A DNA stretch of 64,000 nt, from positions 1-64,000 of the forward strand of contig OY764265.1 in NCBI GenBank assembly GCA_963668355.1, written 5' to 3'. The notes beneath the pieces were generated by a model. It did no database searches. It was not told the origin of the DNA and saw only the letters and a list, made by a program, of their open reading frames with translations. Below are positions 51,632-60,452 of the stretch, piece by piece (position 1 is the first letter of the stretch; each line of letters opens with the position of its first letter). The translations under genes and the position numbers were made by a program. This stretch comes from Bdellovibrionota bacterium. GTDB lineage: Bacteria; Bdellovibrionota_G; JALEGL01; DATDPG01.

Positions 51632-52179
51632 TGAACGAACAAAATATTTATTTATCTGAAAAACAAATTCAAAAACGAATTCAAGAATTGGGTGAAACCA
51701 TCACTCAAGACATGAAGGGAAAAGACCTCGTCTGTATTGGCATTCTAAAAGGATCCATCATTTTCATGGCGGATTTGATTCGTCACATTCAGCTTCCCTT
51801 GTCCATCGACTTCATGGCGGCCTCCAGTTACGGAGATGCCATGAAATCCTCGGGGGTCGTAAAGATCAATATGGATTTAGCCCATCCCATCGAAGGAAAA
51901 GATGTCTTGATCATCGAGGACATTGTGGACACGGGTCTGACCTTGGATTACTTGCTAAAACATTTGAAGATGAGAAAGCCAAAATCTCTTACGCTGTGTT
52001 CTTTGCTCCTCAAGCCATCCAAATTAAAAAAACCCATTCAAGTTGATTATCTTGGTTTTTCCATCGACGATCGATTCGTCATTGGTTATGGCCTCGATCA
52101 CGCTGAAAAATTCCGAAATCTTCCTTATTTGGCGTACGTCGAAGAAGAGGATTCCGAAAACCAAAAGGAGAAAAAATGA
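51628..52179 (+). CDS. hpt: Hypoxanthine phosphoribosyltransferase
   Basis: ILKGS, SSYG, IIEDIVDTGLTL, FVIGYGLD, RNLPY. Confidence 0.97.
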   Translation: MMNEQNIYLSEKQIQKRIQELGETITQDMKGKDLVCIGILKGSIIFMADLIRHIQLPLSIDFMAASSYGDAMKSSGVVKINMDLAHPIEGKDVLIIEDIVDTGLTLDYLLKHLKMRKPKSLTLCSLLLKPSKLKKPIQVDYLGFSIDDRFVIGYGLDHAEKFRNLPYLAYVEEEDSENQKEKK

Positions 52180-52562
52180 GTTTAAAGATTGTTTCGACAG
52201 ACAAAGCCCCCAAAGCCATTGGCCCCTATTCTCAAGCAATTATTGCCAATGGAATGCTTTTCAGCGCGGGGCAAATCCCTCTCAACCCCACCAATGGTGA
52301 AATGGTCACAGGGGATGTCCAAACGCAGGCCAAACAAGTTCTGGAAAACATTCAAGGTGTTTTGTCGGCCGAGGGATTGGATTTTTCGGATATCGTCAAA
52401 ACTACGGTTTTCATCACAACCATGGACCATTTTCCCGCCTTAAATGAGGTCTATGCGTCCTATTTTGGAGATTCCAAACCGGCTCGTTCGTGCGTAGCGG
52501 TTTCTCAACTCCCCAAAAACGCCCTGGTGGAAATCGAATTCGTTGCCGCATTGAAAGCGTAA
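52176..52562 (+). CDS. ridA: RidA/YjgF imine deaminase
   Basis: APKAIGPYSQA, GQIP, PARSCVAV..LPK, VEIE. Confidence 0.94.
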   Translation: MSLKIVSTDKAPKAIGPYSQAIIANGMLFSAGQIPLNPTNGEMVTGDVQTQAKQVLENIQGVLSAEGLDFSDIVKTTVFITTMDHFPALNEVYASYFGDSKPARSCVAVSQLPKNALVEIEFVAALKA

Positions 52563-52728
52563 CAAGATTTCAAAACGAAACATTGGTGCGCGCGCGTTAA
52601 AACTTGACACAAGCGCACCATAAGCCAAAATAAGATCTTGAAGAAGCTAACGCATTGTGTTACAAGCTCAATATAAATGGGATTGGCACGCGTAAGTGCC
52701 TAATATCTCAATCGTTATGGAGGAAGGA

Positions 52729-53304
52729 ATGCTGGGAGAAACCAACACGCGGATTATAAAGAAGTATCAGAATCGAAAACTCTACGACACGAAGGACAGC
52801 TGCTACATCACGTTGGATGAAATCGCCAATTTGATCAAAAAAGGAGATGACGTTCAGGTCATCGACAATCGAACCAAAGCGGATGTGACTTCCGTGATTT
52901 TGACCCAAATTCTTGTGGATCAAGAAAAGGCCAATAAATCCATTCTGCCTTTGACCATGCTGAAAGACATCATTCAACACGGTCAAGGTTCGCTTTTTGA
53001 ATTCATTCAACGATATGTCCTGATGGGCATTGACAGTGAACAAGAAAAGCAAGCAGAAGCCGAACGTTACATTGATCGCCTGGTCAATCGGGGCGAGCTT
53101 TCCAAGATGGAGGGGAAAGCTCTCTTGAAAGAGGTCATGGGATCTAATGAGACGGATCGAAGTGAGTTCGACCAATACATTAGCGGTCGCGTCACTCAAA
53201 CGCTCAAAGAAACGACTGCCTTGGGCGATATCGAAAAGAACATCTCTTCGTTGCTCAACAAAATTGAAACGTTGGAAACGAAGCTTTCCAAATATGAGCG
53301 TTAA
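52729..53304 (+). CDS. PhaR-like DNA-binding domain protein
   Basis: IIKKYQNRKLYDT..SCYITL, DVTSVILTQI; C-terminal LVNRGELS..EGK helix and coiled coil. Confidence 0.85.
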   Translation: MLGETNTRIIKKYQNRKLYDTKDSCYITLDEIANLIKKGDDVQVIDNRTKADVTSVILTQILVDQEKANKSILPLTMLKDIIQHGQGSLFEFIQRYVLMGIDSEQEKQAEAERYIDRLVNRGELSKMEGKALLKEVMGSNETDRSEFDQYISGRVTQTLKETTALGDIEKNISSLLNKIETLETKLSKYER

Positions 53305-53329
53305 TTAGTCGTCTCATTGTCGTGATTTG

Positions 53330-53359
53330 AGGGCCACCTTTCAGGTGGCCCTTTTTTTT
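53330..53359 (+). terminator. Rho-independent terminator
   Basis: AGGGCCACCT-TTC-AGGTGGCCCT followed by a T run. Confidence 0.9.
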
Positions 53360-53426
53360 GCGTCCCCTTCCCTCGCAAAAGCCAAGATCAATGGGTATTC
53401 TAGAATACAACTTTCAAAGGGGAGCG

Positions 53427-54470
53427 ATGCAACGATCTGAATTTTGGTGGGCCACCTTATTATTGATTCTACTGATTCCGTGGACTCTCAATGCCCACCC
53501 GTTGTTTGATGCCGAGCCCTCCAAAAGCATTGGCCTCAAAAAGAACCAGGGAAGTTTAGGCTTCATGGGCTCTTACATGCATTCCACAAAGTTTTTCAAT
53601 TCTTCTGGAAGTCGAGAAGAAAGCAGCCATTCTTCTTATCCGGGAAGTTCTGCCGAAGAATACCATGATGCCAGTTTGGTCATTCGAACGGCATACGGAA
53701 TCACAGATAATTTTGGCCTCTGGTTTGATCTACCGCTGGTTTACCGAAAAGAAGTCCAAGCCCTTCATGCGGGAGACTGGGGATTGGGAGACATTCACGC
53801 CGGACTTCGATACATCTTTTTCCGTTCACCAAAGGATGCCGTTGAAGTGGGCTTCGATTTGCAGTCTCGATTTCCCACTGGAGATACCGACGTCCATTTT
53901 TCCGATCCCATTCGAGGGCGTTCAGGGGAACTTCCTTTGGGAACCGGAAATCAAGACCTCTCTTTGGGCCTGGTTTCCAGATGGCATGCATTGCCATGGT
54001 TATCTCTCGACCTGAGAGGGCTATATACTTTTCGATTCAGCGCTTTGGTCGAATATCTCCAGGCCCCCACAACGCTTCAAATTTCCGCTGACGGTTCTCA
54101 ACAAGCCCTTCTTCCTACGGGGAATTTGAATATCGACTGGGGTGACGAAGTTTTTGGGGAAGGCCGACTCGGGTTTCAGATTCTTCCAAACTTGAGTTTT
54201 TTGGCTGGGATTCAATACATGTTTCGTCGAACCACGTATGTTCAAAACTTCGAAATCCAACCCGACAACGATGTCGTTCCCGTCACCCAACAGCTTTCAA
54301 AAGCTTTTCAACTGAGCGGAGTCCCAACCCTTCTGGCACACATCTCTAAACGCATAGAAGTTCTTGTATCTACAGAAATTCCGATCATGGGAGAAAACTC
54401 GCCCACCTTTCCTCTTGTAGAATCCTTATCAGGTTACCGATACCGATTGGAGGTCAGCTATGCGTTTTAA
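53427..54470 (+). CDS. Putative outer-membrane beta-barrel (MetA/SphA-like transporter)
   Basis: Signal peptide, AYGITD, GLGDI, RFPTG, LPLGTG, C-terminal VSYAF beta-signal. Confidence 0.7.
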   Translation: MQRSEFWWATLLLILLIPWTLNAHPLFDAEPSKSIGLKKNQGSLGFMGSYMHSTKFFNSSGSREESSHSSYPGSSAEEYHDASLVIRTAYGITDNFGLWFDLPLVYRKEVQALHAGDWGLGDIHAGLRYIFFRSPKDAVEVGFDLQSRFPTGDTDVHFSDPIRGRSGELPLGTGNQDLSLGLVSRWHALPWLSLDLRGLYTFRFSALVEYLQAPTTLQISADGSQQALLPTGNLNIDWGDEVFGEGRLGFQILPNLSFLAGIQYMFRRTTYVQNFEIQPDNDVVPVTQQLSKAFQLSGVPTLLAHISKRIEVLVSTEIPIMGENSPTFPLVESLSGYRYRLEVSYAF

Positions 54471-57400
54471 GACCTTCTTACTCTTTTTCATTTTCTGTAT
54501 TTCCTCATCGGCCTTCGGAATGAACTCTCCTGAATTGAGGTGGAAAACCTTCGAAACCGATCATTTCATCATTCACTATTATGATGAAGTCGAATGGACA
54601 GCCCGAAAAGTCGCAAGCATTGCCGATGAAATCTATGTTCAGGTGACTGAACTCTATGAACACAAGCTGAAAACCAAAACCAATATTGTCGTTCGCGATG
54701 ATCACGATCTCTCCAACGGCTTCGCCGTATACAATCTTGGATGGGTGACCATTTGGGCGTCTCCTTCCACTCTCTCCCTTCGAGGAAGACACGATTGGGT
54801 TCGAGGCGTCTTAACCCATGAGTTTGCTCACGTCGTTTCTTTGGAAGCATCTTCGGGAGCCGGAAGCCTCATCGAAGGCATTCGCATAGGAGGAATTGGA
54901 AACGGAAACACCAAAGAAAATACGGACCTAGGCGCCACCGCTCTCATCCCCACTCATCCCTATTATCGATGGTGGGCGGAAGGAACCGCTCAAATCGATA
55001 CAACGTCACTCGGATACGATGCGTGGGATACGCACCGAGATATGCTTCTACGGTCAGCAACACTCGAAAACAATCTGCTTTCCTTCAACCAGATGCGTAA
55101 TATTGGCATTCGAGAACATTTCGGAGGAGAGCTTGTATACAACCAGGGATACTCTTTCCTGCTGTGGTTGAACGAAACCTATGGGAAGAAAGCCAATCGC
55201 AAGATTGCCAATCAAGCTGCAAAACACTGGCACTTAGACTTTGATACCAATCTCGAAAAGGCCATTGGGAAACCTGCCAAGACATTGGATCGGGAGTGGA
55301 GAGCCCACTTAAAAGAAATGTATGAAGCTCAAATCAAAGCTCTACCCGACCCCATCATCGAAGGAACCCGAATTGATGTCATCAATCAACGGGAAGCCGA
55401 AGAAGATGCCCAAACGCAGACGGAAGTCAACGACCAACCCTACGCAGATGGCGTACTGAATTTCTATCCGCGATTTTCGCCGGATGGCCATTGGTTCGGT
55501 TGGATCAGCAGTAGCTTTCTCAAGCTCCAGTACTTGGATCAACCCTTCAATTTGGCCGCGTCATCGACGGAGCCGTTGGAACTCGAATTCAGAGCCAAGT
55601 TTTATTCCTGGGATCCCACGTCCTCAAAATTGGTTCTTTCCAGGAGGCGTGCAAATGTATTGGGGAAATACCGTGTCTTTGACTTATACCTTGTGGACTT
55701 GGCCCAAGTGATTCAGTTGAGAAAGACCTATGTTCAAAACTTTGAACGTGCAAAAAACGAAGAGAAACAACAAAATCTTACGTCGAACTATAAAGATGAG
55801 TTGGACGACATCGACCCCACCCCCCATCGACTTTCTACTCACTTGCGCGCAACGCATCTCGCCTGGTCACCGAACGGAAAATGGATCGCTTACGCTCAAA
55901 ATAAGGATGGTCACCGTCATTTAAAAGCCATCACTCCGGATGGATCCGTCACTAAAGATCTATTAGCCATCGGAGGAGATGCGGAGATACTCGATCCCGC
56001 GTGGTCACCCAATGGCGAGAAACTGGCCGTCATGCTTTTCAATCATGATCAATCGGACATTTGGATTTTAAATGCGGATGGAAGCAACCCGGTCCCCTTA
56101 ACATTGGATCGGTACGATGATCGAGAACCTGTTTTCACTCCGGACGGAAAAGGAATTGTGTTCAGTTCCGATCGCTCTGGAATCTATCAATTGTATTACC
56201 TTCCCCTATCTGAGAAAAAACGATTTGTTCCATTTCCCATTACGAATGTCGAAACCGGAGCGTTCATGCCCCATATCCCTTCCAAAGGAAACGATATGTT
56301 GTATGTTCGCTTCAGTTCCTTTGGCTTCAAACCATACCGGCTTCCCGTTCCTTCTTTTTCTCCTCAACTTGAAGCGAATGCGCGGATTGATTCCTCCGCC
56401 GAACAACAACTCACACCGGAAGACTTTCCTCCGTTGGAATCCCATCGTTATTTTCCTTGGCCCCGACCCATTCGAATCTTTCCTTCCATCATGTGGGAAA
56501 ACGATCAGATCAAGGCGGGCCTGGCCTTACAAGTTTCCGACTACTTGGAGGAACATAATTTCACAGCCTTGGGATTGTTTGGGTCCGAAACGGACTATCA
56601 GCTTTCGTATTTGAATCAAATGTTCTGGTGGGACATGAAGGCAAGTTATACCGCCTATATCCGAGACAATGCGTTTACCTTCATCAATGATGGGGATGGC
56701 ATCGCCGATGAGCCGGAAGGGGTTTTGAGAGACAATATTCAATTCATCCAAGCCGGGATTTCTCAAGATTTTCGTTTTGACTCCGGATTCCCAGGAGATC
56801 ACCGTTTTTCGGTCACGTATGATCGTCGTTTCGTAGACCGACGCGTCGGATTCCCTCTATATTTGGGGAATCAAATCGACACGGAGTTTCGCCTACTCAC
56901 CAATGATGGTGTCACGGCCGAATGGAATTTCGAACGATACAAAGACAAACGCAAACGGGATGGGGACATCAACCCCCAACGACTGACCCGAGCTTCCCTT
57001 ACATACTCTTTCGTACACACTGACCTTTATTCGGGCCAAGATCCAAATTATTTCTACCACGAAGTCACGGCGAATTTTCAACGCTATTTCAAGTTGGGTT
57101 TTAAAGATCCCTGGTGGGAGCATCATACCTTTTGGTTCAATGTCACAGGCGGATGGAAGTCCAAGAACGTCGATATCAACGATGAATTTTATCTGGGAGG
57201 ACGATTAAACTTTCGGGCCTTCGGAGAAATTTCCTCCAATACGCTCTTTTACGGATATGAAGATTTCAGCATTTCGGGTGAAACGATGTTGCTGCTTTCG
57301 ACCGGCTATACGTTCCCAATTGCTCGGGAGCTGGATTGGAAATGGTCCATCTTGTATGTCGATGCCATTTTCGCCTCCCTTTTTGCTGAAGTCGGAAATG

Positions 57401-57633
57401 CCTGGGAACACGGTGAAATTCGGAACAAATCCGTCCCCAATGGAGGAAATGGCGCCATCTTGCTTCAGGATGTCGGGGCGCAAATCAAAATGAAGGCTTT
57501 CCTCTTTAGTGATCACAACGAATGGCATAGCATCTTTCGCGTGGCCTACGGATTCCAAGATGATGCAGCTCACGGGTTTAGCGACGATGACTGGCCCATT
57601 CGCATGTTCCTAGGAATAGGCACCAATTTCTGA
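54460..57633 (+). CDS. Zn-metallopeptidase + PD40/TolB propeller + Omp85-like barrel protein
   Basis: FETDHFIIHY, HEFAH...WWAEG, repeated FSPDG/WSPNG/FTPDG, C-terminal barrel ending FLGIGTNF. Confidence 0.82.
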   Translation: MRFKTFLLFFIFCISSSAFGMNSPELRWKTFETDHFIIHYYDEVEWTARKVASIADEIYVQVTELYEHKLKTKTNIVVRDDHDLSNGFAVYNLGWVTIWASPSTLSLRGRHDWVRGVLTHEFAHVVSLEASSGAGSLIEGIRIGGIGNGNTKENTDLGATALIPTHPYYRWWAEGTAQIDTTSLGYDAWDTHRDMLLRSATLENNLLSFNQMRNIGIREHFGGELVYNQGYSFLLWLNETYGKKANRKIANQAAKHWHLDFDTNLEKAIGKPAKTLDREWRAHLKEMYEAQIKALPDPIIEGTRIDVINQREAEEDAQTQTEVNDQPYADGVLNFYPRFSPDGHWFGWISSSFLKLQYLDQPFNLAASSTEPLELEFRAKFYSWDPTSSKLVLSRRRANVLGKYRVFDLYLVDLAQVIQLRKTYVQNFERAKNEEKQQNLTSNYKDELDDIDPTPHRLSTHLRATHLAWSPNGKWIAYAQNKDGHRHLKAITPDGSVTKDLLAIGGDAEILDPAWSPNGEKLAVMLFNHDQSDIWILNADGSNPVPLTLDRYDDREPVFTPDGKGIVFSSDRSGIYQLYYLPLSEKKRFVPFPITNVETGAFMPHIPSKGNDMLYVRFSSFGFKPYRLPVPSFSPQLEANARIDSSAEQQLTPEDFPPLESHRYFPWPRPIRIFPSIMWENDQIKAGLALQVSDYLEEHNFTALGLFGSETDYQLSYLNQMFWWDMKASYTAYIRDNAFTFINDGDGIADEPEGVLRDNIQFIQAGISQDFRFDSGFPGDHRFSVTYDRRFVDRRVGFPLYLGNQIDTEFRLLTNDGVTAEWNFERYKDKRKRDGDINPQRLTRASLTYSFVHTDLYSGQDPNYFYHEVTANFQRYFKLGFKDPWWEHHTFWFNVTGGWKSKNVDINDEFYLGGRLNFRAFGEISSNTLFYGYEDFSISGETMLLLSTGYTFPIARELDWKWSILYVDAIFASLFAEVGNAWEHGEIRNKSVPNGGNGAILLQDVGAQIKMKAFLFSDHNEWHSIFRVAYGFQDDAAHGFSDDDWPIRMFLGIGTNF

Positions 57634-57826
57634 AAAACACGGAAGAGCGCGACATCCGTCGCGCAAGGGACTCCTTCCGGGCATTCATAAGGACGAGAAG
57701 ATTTTGTGGGAGGGTCCTGACGTTGGGGGGCCCATCCCCTTGCGGGCACAGGACCGTCCTCAGGCGATTCGTCCCACAACGCCACCCTTGAGACATATCG
57801 AGCCCCTTGTCCAGGAGCGTCCCTCG
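57633..57826 (-). ncRNA. Candidate structured non-coding RNA (~190 nt), family unknown
   Basis: Nested stems 57666-75/57813-24, 57704-11/57772-79, 57713-19/57749-55; minus-strand CCC-GCAA-GGG tetraloop and terminal hairpin 57647-64 followed by a U-rich tail. Confidence 0.45.
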
Positions 57827-57889
57827 TTAGATATAGGAACTCCGTGTTTCAAAATCCCCCAAATACTTCCCTGAAGCATCACGTATCAC

Positions 57890-57918
57890 TTGATTTTCAC
57901 CGCCGACCAAAGTAACTT
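57890..57918 (+). promoter_or_regulatory. Sigma70 promoter of tRNA-Arg
   Basis: TTGATT-N17-TAACTT followed by GC-rich discriminator CCGGCC. Confidence 0.65.
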
Positions 57919-57934
57919 CCGGCCTCCTTCGAAC

Positions 57935-58011
57935 GGGCGATTAGCTCAGCTGGATAGAGCATCAGGCTTCGAACCTGAGGGTCGGGGGTTCGAATCCCTC
58001 ATCGCCCGCCA
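57935..58011 (+). tRNA. tRNA-Arg (anticodon TCG)
   Basis: 77 nt cloverleaf: GGGCGAT/ATCGCCC acceptor, TCAGG-CTTCGAA-CCTGA anticodon arm, GGTTCGAATCC T arm, encoded CCA. Confidence 0.97.
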
Positions 58012-58012
58012 T

Positions 58013-58045
58013 AAAAAAACACCCGCTCAAGGCGGGTATTTTTTT
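58013..58045 (+). terminator. Rho-independent (likely bidirectional) terminator after tRNA
   Basis: A run, ACCCGC-TCAAG-GCGGGT, T run. Confidence 0.85.
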
Positions 58046-58078
58046 AGGGTCTCGGGAGATCCTCAAAAAGAAGGAACC

Positions 58079-58320
58079 GGCCGGGAACCCACTATGTGGG
58101 TGGACGGGTTCTCACCTTCAGGATCTATGGACGAGAGTCCATGAATCCCTCATCGGCCGCCATTTTTCATTTTGGTCCCTTCGGGCCAAGGCCGACCACC
58201 CATCCTGATACCTCGAACCTGAATGTTTCCAATAAACCGAACCTGAGGGGTACTCAGCGAAGCTGGGTCGAAGGTGAGCTCTCTGCAGGTCTGCGAACGA
58301 AAGTTCGCGAATCCCTTTGA
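58079..58320 (+). repeat. Two degenerate tRNA-derived repeat units with hairpin insertions
   Basis: 58143-58162 matches the tRNA 3' end at 19/20; 58238-58249 matches tRNA 57970-57981; each unit has a GNRA hairpin directly before GAATCCCT. Confidence 0.75.
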
Positions 58321-58691
58321 AAATCCTACGAATGGTTACAAAGTCCCCGTTTTTCGCACACCCGCACACCTTATCCATCAATATGAAGTCTGCTTCTCTT
58401 GCGCCTATGTGCCTATCTCGACCGCTTCCGTATATTCCGCATCCACTAAATAACTCTCGTCACTGATCTCTGCATCAACGTACTCCCCATCCGCTTGACC
58501 ACCTTCTGCCTGTTTCACCCAATCTGGAGGCCCCGTGGCCCGCTCCTCCCTCGTTGGCTCTCCTAAATGGCCTGGTCGCTTTCACCATCGCCAGTTCCAC
58601 AAACTTCGGTAATGCGAATACTCGACTCCAAAGAAGAGCTCCCGAAAATTTGGACATCTGCCCCGCACGAAACCAAGAAAATTTGCTCAAA

Positions 58692-60422
58692 TCATTCCAA
58701 GTCCATAACAAAAACCGTATCGGGCATTTCTTGAGCACTTTCGGGCCGATTCCTCCACAAATTGAAACCAAAGCGTGCGGGCAGCTCTTTCACGACGAAT
58801 CTCAAGTCAGGCATCTTAGGACTCGTATTATTGCACCCCCCAGGGACCGAACAACTCATTCCCAGATGAATAAAGTCTCGCAAAGTGACGACATGCGAGA
58901 ATGCATCTTCAGGCAGGGCCAGACCGTGCGTCTCTTCCTCCCGAAAGGAACCAAAACGGAAACCAAAGTCACGAGCATTATAGGTTTGAAGTCTAAGCCG
59001 ATTCTCTTGGCTGGATGGATATTTTTTCTCCTTAATGAAGCGGAAATGCTCCGAAACTCGATAACGAGCGTAAACCCAATTCTTTTCTTCAGTCCATCGA
59101 AGTTCGAGTGGCTTGATCATAAATTCAAGCGGGTCTCTCTTCGGTGGCCCCGAAAACCAGGAAAGGTCAGACATGACGCCCAACAGGAGATGAGGATTAT
59201 TGAGATACCTTGATTCTCTGGATAAGCCGTTGGCATTTTGGGGACCGCGGCGATGATAGTATACGCCCTCGATTCCCCACCAAGCCTTTCCATCTTCGAT
59301 GAGACCAAAAACGTGCTTCGAAGGTTCATACTGGCTTGGCATTAACCACGCGTGTTTGCGCATGAGGTTCCTTCGTAAATCGAAAATTTGAGCCTTGGTC
59401 TTTCCGTCTAGTTCGCTCATCTCATTTAAAGGAACCTTCTTCGCTTTCTCAACCCGAGGAAGCGAGCGCAACTCTTGCCCCTCACGGATTCCAAAAATTC
59501 CAGGTTTGTAAAAAGCAATCGCTATACCAAACAAAACCAAGAATCCTTGCCCCGCCATGATGAGGGGCAAGCGAACCTGCTCCAAAAGAGAGGATCGATC
59601 CGCAACCAGTGATCGAGAAGAAACCATTTCCCTTCGTAAATCGGTTCTTTTTCGCCGTCGGATTTCTTCCAAAAACTTGGAACGCAAGTTCATTAACGAT
59701 TGATTCCACAAAGGGTCTGCCAAGGTGATCAGATAACTTTCGAACTGAGAAATACGAATCGAAACTTGGGAACTTTTTACGAGATTCTTCAAAAATCCCC
59801 TTGCTTCCGATGTTTCAAGGGCCGAAATCTCGTCCATCCGAAAGGATTTATAGCGAACGACCGATGCTTTAGAATTGGTTTGAAAAAGTGAAATTCCATC
59901 TCGGGTCAACGCGACAATGGCCCGACGGTCATTTTTTTGAAACCGCCCTCCCAAGCTTCCTGTTACAGAGGGTCTTTCACTAGGACTAAAGGATCCCCGA
60001 AAGAAAAGCTCTGGTTCCTCCTCAAGAAATGGACGAAGTCGTTCTCGGTCCGCTTCTTCTGACATATGAATCTGAGAAAACCCATGTTCGTTTTGCGCGG
60101 GAACTTCATTCCATCCTACAAGTATGTTCTGAGAAGAATGACAGAGAAGGAGATGAACCACGCCCGCTAAAAAGAAGGTCACAGCCGGAAGCAACAGAAG
60201 TGGCCACCAAGAAGGTCCGCCATCCCTCGCCATCCAAACCATCAAAAAAACCGGGACCCCGGCCAAAAAAAACGAAACGAGAGCTCCAATTAAATAATCT
60301 GGCCTTCTCATTGTCTCATCATAAAGCAGGCAAGCCCCACAGAAAACATGATTTCGCTCGCCGAGCCGACATCCAGTCTGAACCATGAAATGATTAAGGA
60401 TCGCCCGGTACTTAGGAAACAT
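58692..60422 (-). CDS. Hypothetical membrane protein (start possibly 60311)
   Basis: 576 aa ORF; two N-terminal TM helices, soluble domain, third TM, C-terminal domain with HLGMSCSVPGGCNN. Confidence 0.7.
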   Translation of the reverse strand: MFPKYRAILNHFMVQTGCRLGERNHVFCGACLLYDETMRRPDYLIGALVSFFLAGVPVFLMVWMARDGGPSWWPLLLLPAVTFFLAGVVHLLLCHSSQNILVGWNEVPAQNEHGFSQIHMSEEADRERLRPFLEEEPELFFRGSFSPSERPSVTGSLGGRFQKNDRRAIVALTRDGISLFQTNSKASVVRYKSFRMDEISALETSEARGFLKNLVKSSQVSIRISQFESYLITLADPLWNQSLMNLRSKFLEEIRRRKRTDLRREMVSSRSLVADRSSLLEQVRLPLIMAGQGFLVLFGIAIAFYKPGIFGIREGQELRSLPRVEKAKKVPLNEMSELDGKTKAQIFDLRRNLMRKHAWLMPSQYEPSKHVFGLIEDGKAWWGIEGVYYHRRGPQNANGLSRESRYLNNPHLLLGVMSDLSWFSGPPKRDPLEFMIKPLELRWTEEKNWVYARYRVSEHFRFIKEKKYPSSQENRLRLQTYNARDFGFRFGSFREEETHGLALPEDAFSHVVTLRDFIHLGMSCSVPGGCNNTSPKMPDLRFVVKELPARFGFNLWRNRPESAQEMPDTVFVMDLE

Positions 60423-60452
60423 ACAACGGGTACGAATTCTTCGAATTGAGTC

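Noticed and set aside
52684..52700. Sigma54 promoter (TGGCAC...TGC)
   Set aside because: GG-to-GC spacing is one base too long; better explained as an inverted repeat.
57750..57770. Hammerhead ribozyme core (CUGAGGA on minus strand)
   Set aside because: No GAAA after the following stem.
57992..58162. Prophage or integrative element bounded by tRNA att sites
   Set aside because: The repeat is only about 130 bp from the tRNA and no integrase or phage gene is in the window.
58554..59213. 219-aa plus-strand ORF
   Set aside because: Mostly antisense to the 576-aa membrane protein with no recognisable features.
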